DNA of 63,861 nucleotides, the filler included, from Vannella sp. (Eukaryota), in NCBI GenBank assembly GCA_023345925.1. It is 6 parts of 6 records of this genome, joined end to end, with 100 filler letters (N's around TTAATTAATTAA, not from the genome) between each part and the next. Parts side by side here need not be neighbours in the genome. Positions count along the whole stretch, not along the records: positions 15,390 to 29,897 come from JAJQQN010000120.1; positions 29,998 to 35,137 come from JAJQQN010000827.1; positions 35,238 to 45,668 come from JAJQQN010000150.1; 3 more parts are not named here. One strand, given 5' to 3'. Both the position numbers and the translations under genes were made by a program. This document shows, one piece after another, positions 22,119 to 35,748 of this stretch. The notes under the pieces were generated by a model, which was not told where the DNA came from, searched no databases, and saw only the letters and a program-made list of their open reading frames with translations. The first letter of the stretch is position 1, and each line of letters starts with the position of its first letter.

Positions 22119-24622
22119 TTAAAGTATTTGAGACGCTTCAGAGTTGCGAGGCTCTAAATGAAGCGAGATGTTGTACAAAGCTTTCTCATCAAGGGAAGGC
22201 AACGCACTGAAATAGTGCCGGAGGAGAGGGTGCCCATCAAAAGTGTATCGCGATTGCTGAAAGACAAGCACCTCCCTTAGAGCTTTGTAGATCATATCGT
22301 ACTTGGCAAAGTTGATGAATCCTTCACCAACCACATCAGGATTGCCCTCATCAATGAAAGTGAGATCAGACAAATAGACTCCTCTGCACTCTGTCAGTTA
22401 TGCGAAACCTTTGATGGCGTAACACTCACATGAATGGGATAACAGGCAGAGTCTTTGATCGAATAGTGGTGCGATAAACAGAGTAGGACCCGTGAGGATT
22501 CATAAACTCGTTCAGTTTGTCCAACATGGGTTTGTGTTTCTTTCCCAGCTCTGCAAAAGTATGCTTTAGTCGAGAGACTGCCGCAGTATTCAGTCCGACG
22601 ACCAGACCAGCCACTGCATGATAGTTGTTGTGAACATCAAGAAGCTCCTAATGAGAGTGAGCAAGCTGGATTAGAAGGAACAAAAATGAACCTACAACGG
22701 CTATTTCAATGATGCGGCGAAGCATCTCAAGTCGAGTTGCTTTTGTGTCTTGAAGGACGATTAAAGAGGCAGTCCAGAAAGAGTACTTATCCAGTCTTTC
22801 GATGAAATTTACCAATGCTAGTGCACGGTATTGGAGTTTCGGCTTAATCCACGATTGATTGAGGAATCCGACCGCTTCAACATTCCGGAACATTTCGCAA
22901 TCGACAATTGTGAGCTGTTCAGCGATTACAGATGCCGGAAATCCCATGAATAGGGCAGCTTGAGTGACCTTTCGATTAAAGTACTTCTCTACCAACTGAG
23001 GAGTGAACGTTATAAGAGATTCTGACTCGAAGATTTGATGGAAGTTTTCAATGTTGCTCTCTAAAGTCTTCATCAAGCGACTGGCCATCTCTTCGTTCAC
23101 AGGAGCAATAACCTCTTTCAAGAACGACTCCAGTTGGACAAGAAGCTGGTCATCAAAATCAAAAAACCGAGTTTCCATCCAATATTTGAGGACAATGCAA
23201 GTTCTCAGTTGGATCTGAGCCCGCTCTGCATCGGGCCTATCTTCTGGAATATCTTCAAATCGTTCTCTCAGTTTCCTAAGAAGCCTCCAAGGAGACGTAA
23301 ATGACCGATAAGTCATAATGAAAGCCTTGGTGTAGTTGTTTTCTGTTTTCGAATCAGCCAAATGCATTCGAACTGTGCCCAACGTACCGTAGTTTGTTGG
23401 ACTTGTGAGAGTTGCAACTAAAGTATTCAAAGTGCCTGCACCTTCTGGAATATTGAGAGGCTGCTCTTGGCTCCAAAAGTTGTCTTCGAGCTCCTCCGCT
23501 ACAAGGCTCTCAAGAGTGTGCCTATCTTCCTCCTCTTTACAAGACAGAAGAGTTTGAAGCTCTTTGATAGTACTCAAGTTGTTAAGAATCGATCCTACTC
23601 GCTTCAAAAGGGCTGATAGCAAGTGAGAATGGCGACGAGGAAATTGGAATCAACATACTTGTTGTTATCGTGGCAAACAAGAGAGCGTGTCTCTGAGAAA
23701 AGGCCCCAATCACTTGAATCACCAAAGAACGGATAATGAGAAGCTTCTGTTGCTCGTGTCGCTTCATAAATGTGATGACGTTTCGGATGACAGCACTTCG
23801 CTCTGTTGTAAGAGGTTGATACATCTCTGTGTTAGCTGTCCCAGTGATTGGCATGCCATCAATAGCCTCTTCAAGAGACTGGAGGATCTGCGAAGTGTTT
23901 GTATCATTCGACACTCCCAAAAACGAATCCACCCCCCGCTTAAGGTTCTCTCTGATCTTAGTGACGGTCTCCTCCACCTCTGTGATGTCATGGCTACTCA
24001 TAAAGAGAGCGTAAATGCTTTGGATGAACCCTTCCACAGCAGCCACGAGCCGCAAAGACACATCTGCGAACTACACCAGCACTGAGATAGACTCCAGAAG
24101 CGATAGTGACAAGGGCAATCCCTTACCTTCACTCGATCACCCGATTCTTGAGGAACTGTGCGTTGGTACTCCGTTGGGGGAGTGGTAGCAACGGTGAGCT
24201 TGGCAGAACGAGGATCCTTCCTTGCTAGCCTTGAGAGAGAGCTTCTGAAGCTCACAAACTTGGTGCTTGAGATGGCTGCCTTGCGTTCTAGGATCTCTTG
24301 GTGCTTCAAGAGCTCTTCCAAACGGTCGAAACAAGTGCCCGGTTGTTCCACTTCAACTTCCAACGTCTTTTAGCGGTGCTGTGAGTTAGAAAGTGCTTCC
24401 TTTGTAGCTCATCCTTACCTCTTTCAAGCATACGCTGCTAAGCGCTCTCTCTATGCTTTTCTTTCGACCATAAGGAGGACTACTGGAGTTGGTTCGCAGG
24501 GGATTGGGCTCTTCCTTGCTCATTGTCAATCGCACACGTATTGCAGCCTCATAGGCTTCTTCCCGCAGTGAGTGCGCGCGGCTCCGTCCAACAACGGGGG
24601 CAGATGCCTCGTCCAACTCCAT
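22119..24622 (-). CDS. Ras guanine nucleotide exchange factor (REM + CDC25)
   Basis: AFIMTYRSFTSP, IQLRTCIVLKYW, IAEQLT, VSRLKHTF, IPFIGVYLSDLTFIDEGNP; multiple GT-AG introns. Confidence 0.85.
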
Positions 24623-24743
24623 GACGACAAGAAAATGCTCAAAATGAGACTTTCTCCCAAAATGCCAAATCCCTCCTAAATCTCTCCAAAAAATAGTTAA
24701 TTAGTTGGTTTATTGTTGTGATTGTTCTGCTAAATGGAAAAAG

Positions 24744-26795
24744 TTACAATTTGCTGGTCAAGTCCTCTTCCCCAAACATGGGGCGGATGAACTCTTCGTA
24801 GCCTTCGATCACGTCGGTCTTGTTCATGGGGGCATTCTGAGCGCTTTCAAGAAGAGCTTCGTAGACGTGTCCATCGTAGCGGCCTAAGGCAGAGTTCAGC
24901 CGGTGGTCAGAGAAGTTGAAGGAGTCGACCAAAGGGATGGCGTCGGGTCGGATCTGGGCGATCAGGGACTGGATGTGACCGCGAATCTCGACCCTTTGGG
25001 CGTGCGAGATCGTGCCACACTCGACAAAGTCGATGACAGTGGCTTGCATGTTCGAGAGAGCGTAGAATGTGGCCAGCCGGTAGAGGATCGTTTGGAGTCC
25101 TGGATATTCAGCTGCTGCATCCGCTACAGAGTGTAGGAAGCAGCGGTTGATGTAGAGCATGCAGTGAGCATGGACCATTCGAGGGAACATGTGCTGGAGT
25201 GTGTTCCAAGCATCTGCTTTCCCTTTTCCCTGCTTGAGGAGAGCGCTGTACTGTTCATACGCCTCCCAAACCAAGTACTTGGCACGCATACTGTACAGGT
25301 AGAGCTGTACTTTGGGATCACTCCAGTCCACGGTCTTTTGATCGCGGTGATGAATGGCGCTGTTCTCCTTTTCAGTGAGATAGGCGACGGATTCTCGCTC
25401 AACGTTGCCTCCGTTGGTGATCTCGTCACACAGTTTGAAGAGGTACTTGACAGTCTGTTGGATCAGCACGTAGTTGTCTCCTTCATAGGTGCAGGCAGGG
25501 ACATAGTCAGCAAAGAGGTGAACCAGACCACTGACCTTGAGGTAGCCGTGTCCACCACACGCCTTCCGGCACTCTTCAATGCCAGCTGATACCTCCCAAG
25601 TAGAGAAAGCTTTAAGGCCAGCTGCTGTAGCATGGAGATCAGCTAGGGACTCAAAGTTGCCTTTCCGGATCTCCGCTGTAGCCTTCAGATAGAAGGCTTG
25701 AATGTACCTTCCAGTAAAGTGGAGCGCGTATGCTGATGCCAACATAGGGAAGAGGCGAGACTGCTGCAGTCCAAAGTCCAACACAGTCATCTCTGGGCCC
25801 TCCTTGTTCGATCCGATCACGTATCCTTGCTTTCGCACGGCAGAGTAACGCGTGGCGATTGTCACTGCCTTGGCAAGAGTGATAGCTGCACTGTAGATGA
25901 GCATCGCGCGGACATACACCATCGTTCCATAAGAGAGCTTGTCATGAGGAGGTTTGGTGTACACTCCGTCCTCCGTCACTTGAGCATATCGTGCGAGCAT
26001 GTTGAACAAAGGTATCCGGTGGTGATCAAGGCGCATGAAGCCGTTGTCCACTGATTCATAGCCCATCTTGGGTCCGATGTCCCCGAGCGTGATTCCAGGT
26101 AAGGAGGCGTGGTTCTTCAAGCTACGTACTTGCAAGAAGAAGCCGTGGATCCCATAGTCCTTCTCGTCAATGATCAGGCGCGCCATGACGACGCAGTGCG
26201 TCGAAGTTTTGCCCAATCCTCCGGGCCACCACTTTGTCGAGGTCACAGTGGGAGAGTGAAGCACGAACTCCTTCGTTTGGCGATCAAAAGTAGCAGTTGT
26301 CTCCAACCCTTGTACGTTGGTACCATGGCCCAACTCGGTCTGAGCGTAAGTTCCGTAGATCTTCATAGGAAGAGCCAAAGGAAGCCACTGTTCTTGCTGT
26401 GCGTCTGAAGCTTGGCTCAGAAGTGTGGGTACGAACATAGCGTAGTGCAAGGATGTAGGTAAGTTCATGTCAATGGCGTCGTAGAAGATCTCCAGGTCGT
26501 CCCGATTGGTGAGACCAACTTCCTGGACTCGCTTGACCATGTACATAGACTTCTTGAGTCCACTCTTATACAGACCTAGTCGGTCATGGAAGTAACGATC
26601 CGCTGAGTAGTGTGTGAGTGGGGATCAGAAGAAGAGAAGCTTTCACGTACAGTTGTCAAACTCAGGATCATCCTCAACAATCCTTCGCACCCCCAACATT
26701 CTCTCCGTTCGCTTCTGCCCACCATATAACAGATAGGTCATCTGCTGCACATCAAAGCTGGCCAGCTTCCGCTCATGGTCCAGTGGCGAAGACAT
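24744..26795 (-). CDS. ACOX1: Peroxisomal acyl-CoA oxidase, PTS1 SKL
   Basis: YAQTELGHGTNVQGLETTATFD, KWWPGGLG, DIGPKMG, CRKACGGHGY, TYEGDN, SALGRYDG, C-terminal SKL; one 5' intron. Confidence 0.93.
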
Positions 26796-26865
26796 CCGCT
26801 CGCAAGAAAATGCCAAGAAAATGGTGGACCAGACGGACCAAACTCCGGTGTCGGAGGAAGCGGGT

Positions 26866-27921
26866 TTATGAGGATGCTAGGGAGCGGGCACTCTTCTTTC
26901 TGCTGCGGGCTGAATGAGGGAGAGCAGGTTGGATAGGAGAAAGTGTGGGAAGGGAAAGCGGCCTTGTGCTATGTCCGAGTTGAGCGTGCGCGTTGTCTCC
27001 AAAGACTAGCAGGCCGCCTTCTTCTGTGAATGCCAAAGAGTGTCCCCTTCCCAAAACCAGGGCCCTTGTTCCTTTCAAGGAAGGGACCAGAGTGGGGTTG
27101 GACATATGACTAATGAACTGGATTCCCAGTCGCCCATTTCTACCGTCTCCCCACGCCCAGACGTCGCCGTTCTCATCCAGAGACAGAGTGTGATTCAATC
27201 CGCAGGATGCTACAAGCATGGGAGGGATGTTGCCGATTCGCTGAAGCCTTGAATCATAGTCATCTCCAGGAGAGCGCCCCAGTTGGCCACGGGAGTTATC
27301 TCCAGCAGAGAAGACGCCTCCTTGGGAGTCGATGAGGATCACTCCTTTAGCGAGGGCGGCCAGGCATCGCAGAGGTCCTTTGGGACATTCTTCCACAAGA
27401 ACAAGAGTTGGAATAAGTGTGTTGTTGATGTGGCCAAGGCTCAGTTGTCTTCCTAACACCCAGAGGCCTTCTTCGGCCTCTGCCACGAGGAAATCAAGGC
27501 CGCAAGCCACCTTGAAGATGACGGGGAGATCTCCTACTCGTTGGGGAAGACGTCTCGCCCAACATAGATCGATCTTGCTCGTCCACACCCAAAGGCCACC
27601 TTCGGTGTCGATGGCAGCGCTGTGAGAGTAGCCAGCAGCCACCAAAGCGATACAAGGCAGTTCCGGTACTTTCTGAAAGGTGAGAAAGGGAGCAGAGGAC
27701 CGGGAGCAACCAGCATCCCACACACCTCCCTCCTCATCAAGAACGAGGGAGTGTTTCCTTCCCCAGTCCACCTGAACCGGCTGCGGGCCATTCCAGGGGA
27801 CCTCTGCCGGTTCTGATTGGACCTTTTGATGACCCAGACCGAGTTGGCCCTCTCTGTTCCTTCCAAAAGCTAAAAGGCCCCCATCTTGAGAGAGTAGAAG
27901 AGTGTGGTCGCCGAAAGGCAT
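26866..27921 (-). CDS. Intronless RCC1-repeat protein (copy 1)
   Basis: Repeats FGRNREGQLGLG, AAGYSHSAAI, AGDNSRGQLG, CGLNHTLSL, WGDGRNGRLG; tail QPALPHSARSRKKSARSL. Confidence 0.85.
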   Translation of the reverse strand: MPFGDHTLLLSQDGGLLAFGRNREGQLGLGHQKVQSEPAEVPWNGPQPVQVDWGRKHSLVLDEEGGVWDAGCSRSSAPFLTFQKVPELPCIALVAAGYSHSAAIDTEGGLWVWTSKIDLCWARRLPQRVGDLPVIFKVACGLDFLVAEAEEGLWVLGRQLSLGHINNTLIPTLVLVEECPKGPLRCLAALAKGVILIDSQGGVFSAGDNSRGQLGRSPGDDYDSRLQRIGNIPPMLVASCGLNHTLSLDENGDVWAWGDGRNGRLGIQFISHMSNPTLVPSLKGTRALVLGRGHSLAFTEEGGLLVFGDNAHAQLGHSTRPLSLPTLSPIQPALPHSARSRKKSARSLASS

Positions 27922-28012
27922 CCAAATCGCCAAGAAATGAACAAATGATTGAGAAAAGGACCAGAGGCACGAAAATCTTTAAAAAATAAAATCGCAAAAA
28001 GCGATTAAATGA

Positions 28013-29188
<1,176 letters not shown>

Positions 29189-29308
29189 GCGACTTGCCCT
29201 TCTTCTGTCCTTCCGACCACACAAATGGATAAACCCCTTCCTTTGGCTCATCCGCATCTTTTTGGGTTAAAACTCACATCCAGACTCCAGGAGGATGCCA
29301 GGTAGCCG

Positions 29309-29452
29309 TTGCTGGTCTTCGGATCCAACAGCTTCAGAGAACTCGGACTCAACCAAACGTTCAATCTATCCACTCCGACACTTTGTCCCGTCCAGCCCGC
29401 TCTCCCTCATTCATTCACCAGAAGTAGAAACAAGAGCGCCCGCTTCCTTTGA
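29309..29452 (+). pseudogene. 3'-only relic of the RCC1-repeat family
   Basis: Reads LLVFGSNSFRELGLNQTFNLSTPTLCPVQPALPHSFTRSRNKSARFL*, matching the C-termini of both full copies; in-frame TAG just upstream, no start codon. Confidence 0.85.
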
Positions 29453-29897
29453 TTGATTGGGAATAGACCCATCACACAATCATAACTTCTTCATTTGCAC
29501 TCTCACATGAGACCATCTTGATGAAATAGGGCCCGTTAATGTTCGCTTCTTATGTTATCTGAGATCATCTGCGAAGCGTTTCCATTTTTGGAAACTTCTC
29601 TTGGAGTGCGAGGGAACAGAGAGACCAAGAAGAGGAAACATTCTCCTCACGAGCTTGATAACGTCAGCACAATGAATCTTTGCTCTGGCCCTGAAACGGT
29701 CGCCAAATTCAGCTGAGATTGGGCGAGAGAAAGTTTGTTTAGATAAGGCTTGTTCATAATTGGGACATCTATGAGGCCTTTCCATTAACTCCATCCAACT
29801 CCGATTCCTTCCCAGTTCTCCAGAAAGAGAATAGCTGCAATGCACTTATCTGATGTCCATTAGATTTTCTTTGGTTCCTCGAATGAAGAATAGGAAC

Positions 29898-29997
29898 NNN
29901 NNNNNNNNNNNNNNNNNNNNNNNNNNNNNNNNNNNNNNNNNTTAATTAATTAANNNNNNNNNNNNNNNNNNNNNNNNNNNNNNNNNNNNNNNNNNNN
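29898..29997. other. Artificial contig-joining spacer
   Basis: N-run with TTAATTAATTAA. Confidence 0.98.
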
Positions 29998-30220
29998 CTT
30001 TGGGCCTCCTTGAGCCACGATCATTGATGAATAAAAATTAAAAAATTCGAGGAAAGGAGAATCGGACACCAAGAAAACCAGGAATCTAATCCCAAGTGGG
30101 GTATTGTATGTTTGTTTTATATTTGAATCAACCAATGATGGTTCCAGTGTTGCGGGCTTCTTGCGAGTTTCAAGAGAAGTCAGAAGACAAGTGGAGGGTT
30201 GTGTGTCATTACTTGGGGGG

Positions 30221-31375
30221 ATGCCAAATCGCAAGCCCGTGGACCCGGTTCAAGTCCTTATCTTCATCGTGTTCGGATCCGGGTTGGCGATGGCGTTTCT
30301 TCGTGAGTTTGAGAGTGAGCACTACTGCAGAGCCCAGATATTGGCTCAGGTGATCCCTGCAAGCAGTTCTCCTTCCGTGGAGAATGTTGGACGCCCTGTT
30401 TACCTCCTCTCAGACCAAATCTCTTTCACTCCTCCAACTGGAGACGAGTCCTTCCACATGGAAGCACCGCCAGGCACAGTCATGGTAGTGAGAGAAGTTG
30501 AATACTGTCAAATGGTTCAAGAGAAGAAGAAAGAGAGACACAGGTGGCTCCCGCAACCAAATCCTGCCTCCTGGTACTATTTCGGTCCCAAAAATCCTCT
30601 CCAGCTTTCTCCGTTTCCCTCATTCAGACACCTTCCCTCCAATTTCACAGTGGGAGAGTACTCTGTAGAGGATGAAGCGCTCCTTTGCGATCGCGCGAAG
30701 TTTCAAGAATGGATTCCTGACGAGAGGAGCTTGCTGGCCTTCGAGACCAGCGAGGCCTCTTCCTTCTTCCACTACTTGGAAGATGGGTACTTCTACCACA
30801 ACTACTCAGAGGCCTCAGACAGAGAACAGCTTTGGCGATATTCAAAATGCGTCCCGGGGGACATCCGAGCTCAATTGAAGGTTCTCAAGTCCAGTGGAGT
30901 TGTTTCTCTCATTGCCATGCAAAAGAACGAGCGTGGAGATCTGGGATTAATCCCTTCTCCTTGTCAGGATGCACTTACCTTCATTCAAGCCGGTCAGCTC
31001 AGCGTGGAAGAGCTTTTCGAAGATGGATGGAGCATGCAGGAGCCTTGGATCTCCCGCATCCCTTTCCTGTTGGCCGCAGGGATCTCTTTCTTGGTTTCGT
31101 TTAACTTCGAGAGGATGCCAGTCCCCGCGCTTAAGATTGCGCAAATTTTCATTTCTTATTGCCTTTATTGCACAGTCGTCATCTGTTGCTTGCGACTGGC
31201 GTCCCCACTTAGCTTCGGGATTGCTCTGGGCATCAATGTTTTTGTGTGGTTTGTTCTTTTCAAAGAAATGCAGCGCTGCCAACAAGCCCTTAAAAAACTC
31301 CAAACCCCCATTCATGCGCCCCTTCCGCACTTTCTCCCTAAAGTGAGTCGAAAGACGAAGCGAAAGAAAGCCTGA
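30221..31375 (+). CDS. TMEM43-like membrane protein
   Basis: N-terminal TM, VVREVEYCQM, PGDIRAQL, three C-terminal TMs; intronless. Confidence 0.55.
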   Translation: MPNRKPVDPVQVLIFIVFGSGLAMAFLREFESEHYCRAQILAQVIPASSSPSVENVGRPVYLLSDQISFTPPTGDESFHMEAPPGTVMVVREVEYCQMVQEKKKERHRWLPQPNPASWYYFGPKNPLQLSPFPSFRHLPSNFTVGEYSVEDEALLCDRAKFQEWIPDERSLLAFETSEASSFFHYLEDGYFYHNYSEASDREQLWRYSKCVPGDIRAQLKVLKSSGVVSLIAMQKNERGDLGLIPSPCQDALTFIQAGQLSVEELFEDGWSMQEPWISRIPFLLAAGISFLVSFNFERMPVPALKIAQIFISYCLYCTVVICCLRLASPLSFGIALGINVFVWFVLFKEMQRCQQALKKLQTPIHAPLPHFLPKVSRKTKRKKA

Positions 31376-31612
31376 AGACTCACTGCCATCCGGCCTTGAT
31401 CCGCGGATCTGCTTTCTTTACCGTCGCGTGTTGTTGCAATTATAAACGAATGCAAAATACTCCTGTAGACCGGTCTTTCTCACTTGCCAGTCACCGTCTC
31501 CGGCAAACGCGTTCTTGCTATTCACGTGACAAAGGTTCTGAGATTCCGAAATGGCTTATTTACTGGGAACTGCAGAGGGAATGGCCAGATAAAGAGGGTA
31601 GCAAGAGGTAAC

Positions 31613-34145
31613 TTATGGCCTTGGAGGTCTCATTGGTGAGGCTGGCCTGTCGCTTGGGTGGGGAACCATGGGAGGTGGGCCTTTCTGAGCAGGATGTGGA
31701 GCAATGGAAGGCGGCGTGGGTCGCGCACTGGGGTGGAGGGCCATTGGCGGAGGAGTGGAAGGCGTAGATCTTCCAGCAGCAAGGATGGGAGCTGCCCGCG
31801 CTGCAGTAGGGCGAATTGGGGATGCCGCTTGTGTGAGAGGTGTTGCGTTTTGTGAGGGATGAGCGGCCATGGGGGGAGGTCCTGAACGGGTTGAGGGGTG
31901 AGGAGCAGCTGGCGGGGGCGCATTGACAGCAGAAGGATGGGGAGCTGAAGGAGGGGGCGCTCGGCCTGCAGGAGGGGGTGCACCAGTAGCAGAAGGATGA
32001 GGAGCTGCAGGGGGAGGTGCACGGCCTGCAGATGGGTGTGGAGCAGCAGGAGGTGGAGCCCCGGCGGCAGAAGGATGAGGAGCTGCAGGGGGAGGTGCGC
32101 GGCTTGAAGATGGATGAGGGGCGGCTGGAGGTGGAGCACCAGTAGCAGAAGGATGAGGAGCTGCAGGAGGTGCAGCTGCCCGTGTACTCGGATGAGCTGC
32201 CGCCGGAGCAGGAGCCGCTCCTCCAAGCTTTTCAGATAGATTGAGTGCCCTGAACTTCTTAATGGCATTGTCAACTTCCTTCAGCAAATCAGCGCTGCGC
32301 ACTGCCTCGTTTTGTTTCTCTGGGTCATCCAGCTCTGCCACAATCGTAGTGAGTGCCTTAATGCACACTGGGAAACTGAACTCCAGAGCATCTTGAAGCG
32401 TTTGAATCTTCATCTTGTCTTTCAGCGTAGACTCTGTGGGCGGGACTGAATAGTCAATCTCTGCAATCCCTGCTTTGCTTCTCTCTTTCAGCCCCTTCTG
32501 TAGAGCCCGAATCACTCGGGAAAGGACTGCAGCAAAGTTGTAGTTCGTGCACGCATCTAACTGCCCCTTAAGGATCGTTAACTCCTTCTTAACGCCTGGT
32601 ACAGAGTTTTTGACCCCGGCAATGTCTGTACTAGACACTTCCATCTCTCGCACAATGAATGGCTTCATCGTGCGCAGTAGGATGACACTCCCTTTGGCTG
32701 TTTTGATGCTAGAGAGTACGATATCCCGCTCTGACGCCTGTTGGTCGAGGAGGACGCGGGTATCCTCCAAAGTGCAGCGGATTTTGCTGAACTTCTCTCG
32801 CATCTGCGCGCATACCACCGACTTGGGCTGTCGTTCCATCTCTGGTAGTTGATACGAGAGAGAGTTGGCAATCTCCTCGCGGATCTCAGCTTCTGAGAGG
32901 GCGGAGGAGCCTTCGTTTAGAAGCTGGCTGAAACAGTCCTCCATGATAGCCAAGTGAGCCAGAGCAGCTGGTTTCCAAAGCTTCTCCCACTCCAGATCGG
33001 CCAGAATCTCTGCCAACTGCTTTGAAGCATCCTCCAGACCAACTTTGGCGGCAGAGACGAAAGCGGTGTAGTCGATGGTACCCTGCTTTGAATCAGGTCT
33101 CCCTGGAGTCCCGTTTGAGTCGTCGTCTCCATCAATGCCCTCATTCTACCCACCAAGAGTCAGAAAGACGAGGGAGGAAGGAAGAAGTGCGAACCCGGAA
33201 GAAGAAGCCGTACTGGTCGATGAGAGCAGTGAGAATGTTGATGACACACTCAGACTCTTTCATCAGCTGAGCCAAGTTCTCCTCCTGACGACGGAGCAAG
33301 GCTGGACCGAAGCAAATCGCCAAGTTCGAACTCGTCATCATGTTGTCGTCCGCGTCGCGTGTCATCGTATCCAAGAAGTCCAAGAGGATCTCTAGCATGC
33401 TGTAGTTCAGCGAAGGAAGCGCTTTGATGACACTCTTCATCTCGTTGAGTTGGACATCCTTCGTCTTCTCCGAGGATACGATGTCCACCAGCGTCCCGTA
33501 AGATGAAAAGGTAATCAGGGGCTCAGGGAGACGTAAAAGGAACGCCATAAGCACTCCAGCAACGACGTGTTTGTCGCTAATTTCGTTCCAGTCCACATCC
33601 TCGCCTGATGACAGTTAGTTTTCGCTCGTTGAGGGCGAAGGGCTTCTTACCAGTGTGATAACGAGCAATTAGAGCGTCTACTTCAGCGAGACTGGCTGTC
33701 TTACGGAACAGACCCTCCGTTTCAGTGGCTGTTCCAAAAGAGGTGAGGACGCGACAGTAGGGTGATAAGTAGACGTACCATGGCCTTCTAAGACGGTTAT
33801 CAAGTCAGTGAACACCTCGGGAGTGTCTCCTTCTGGGATATTGAGAGTGGTTAAGGGGACTCCGAAGACCTCTCTGGGAATGAGCTCTTCTTCGTCCTCG
33901 CCCTTCTTTGCCTTGGCTTTCTTCTTCTTGTCTTTCTCCTTCTTCTCTTTCAGGGGCTTGACCTTCTTCTCCTTCTCCTTCTTGGGCTTCACTGGCTTCT
34001 CCTTCTTCTCCTTCTTCTCTTTCTTCTTCTTTCCTCCCGATGCAGCAGCTTCCGCCTTGGCTTTCTCTTCCGCCTCCATAGCCGCTGCCTGCGCCATCAA
34101 GGCCTCAATGTCCACTGACTTTTTGGTGAATCCACCAGCCGCCAT
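31613..34145 (-). CDS. RhoGAP with a Lys-rich N-terminus and a C-terminal proline/His repeat tail
   Basis: VFGVPL, EGLFRK (arginine finger), FLLRLPEPLITF, NMMTSSNLAICFGPALL; three introns; start assumed at MAAGGF. Confidence 0.85.
31630..32210 (-). repeat. Coding tandem repeat, ~39-nt (13-aa) unit APPPAAPHPSxxx
   Basis: Directly visible in the translation, about 7 near-perfect units plus degenerate ones. Confidence 0.85.
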
Positions 34146-34228
34146 GCGAAGCGGACGACCTTGAAGTGAGCCTCCTGCGACCAGCCTGACATCCCGATTG
34201 GTCCGATTGACATCCTCAGATTTTTCCT

Positions 34229-34283
34229 CTTTCCGATTCCCCTCATTTTTATATTCTTTCCGATTCCCCTCATTTTCATATTC
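34229..34283. repeat. 27-bp tandem duplication upstream of the RhoGAP
   Basis: CTTTCCGATTCCCCTCATTTT(T/C)ATATT twice. Confidence 0.85.
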
Positions 34284-35137
34284 ATTCAGAAATTTTGATT
34301 CCACGTCATTTTAGAATGGCCTTTCGCTTTGGCTGTTCTGTTGACTCACTGTGTGGGGAGTTTATGTATCGTTCTTCACTTGCAAAGGGTGGAGGAAGCT
34401 GGGAAGTAGTGATGGCGCACGCTCTACTTCAGGAGATGGACCATCTTGTGTTCAATGCGGTCGCCAGAGATGCCATAAACACACACATGACGAGAAAACT
34501 TCAATTGTTATGACCTGTACCAGGCAAAGGAGATTTGATAGATTTTCTTGCTCAGCTGGAGCTCTTCTGGTGATGATCCTGTTTTCTTGGATTCCTCCCA
34601 GTGTTGGAAGAGAAGTCTCTCGAAGACCAGTAGCTCGTGATGAGGTGCAAGAGAGATATGCCATTCTTTTCCAACGTTGGGGATCGTTTGTCTCTCATTG
34701 AAGGTCACTTTGGCGAACACGAGTTGGAAATGGTAACTATGATGGGGCAATTGCACATTCTTGAGCAGTTGGAAGGAGCTATCCATCTTATTCTGGAGAT
34801 TCTAAGTTCTCCCTAGCTCTATGCTTTGGGGAAGCGGAGCCAAAGGCTCACATAGCAAATCTTACTGAGTACCATTCAAATGGAGGACAACCAATTCTTT
34901 AGAGCAATCTTACACACAAGGCTTGGGGAGTCAACACGTTTCTCGATGACACTCATTCCTGTTGTGTACCCTGCTCTATCTAGAATAGGATTATCCACCT
35001 GAGAATGCGCACAAGCCTTTCTTGTTCGAATGAAGATACCAGTCGTATCACACTCATCAAACTAGGCCAGGAAAGCGGAAAGTTTGAAGACTACTCAACA
35101 GCGCGTTAGGAAACCACGTTGACCGGGGTGATCGAAC

Positions 35138-35237
35138 NNNNNNNNNNNNNNNNNNNNNNNNNNNNNNNNNNNNNNNNNNNNTTAATTAATTAANNNNNNN
35201 NNNNNNNNNNNNNNNNNNNNNNNNNNNNNNNNNNNNN
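35138..35237. other. Artificial contig-joining spacer
   Basis: N-run with TTAATTAATTAA. Confidence 0.98.
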
Positions 35238-35282
35238 CGAAAATTTTCGTAAAAGTCTCCTTTTTCTCCCTTCCTACACAGC

Positions 35283-35591
35283 ATGCCCGCCTACAAGGAT
35301 CTCTACGTTCCCCGCAAGTGGTAGGTGATGCAGATGCCCATTGTGGGGTGTGAATGAGCCGCGGAACTAATCTGTGGGTTCAGCTCGTTCACCAACCGTC
35401 TCCTCGTCTCCGACGACCACGCTAGCGTCCAATTCGATATCTGCCGTGTTGATGCTGAGGGCCGCATGATCAAGGACAAGTCCCAAAACATCACTGTTGC
35501 CATCTGCGGATTCATCCGCAGCAAGGGTCAGGGTGACGCTGCCGTCAACTCTTTGGCAACCGACAACGGCCTCCTGAAGAACGTTGTCTAA
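35283..35591 (+). CDS. RPS21: 40S ribosomal protein S21 (missed by the ORF track)
   Basis: Spliced: MPAYKDLYVPRKC|SFTNRLLVSDDHASVQFDI...AICGFIRSKGQGDAAVNSL. Confidence 0.93.
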
Positions 35592-35748
35592 GTCTTCTTT
35601 GTTGTAGATAAACAACGGACATTGTTCAAAGAACAACCAGAGGAAAGCTAAAGCAACCTTCATCAAACACATAGAACAGGACAAAGACATTCAGAGAGGG
35701 TGAAAATGAAAGGGCGATATCGATCCTCCAGTTTTTAGTAGCCTCCCA

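Noticed and set aside
26866..26900. Helitron-like CTAG end after the RCC1 copy 1 motif
   Set aside because: The other three copies lack CTRR at this position and the subterminal hairpin is weak
34146..34304. N-terminal extension of RhoGAP with NEGNRKE repeats
   Set aside because: Begins at a non-ATG codon in the track and has AT-rich promoter-like composition; more likely a non-coding 27-bp duplication
34305..35137. Short ORFs in a gene-free stretch (also 29555-29845 and 43763-44260)
   Set aside because: No recognisable motifs, consistent splice pattern, tRNA or transposase signature
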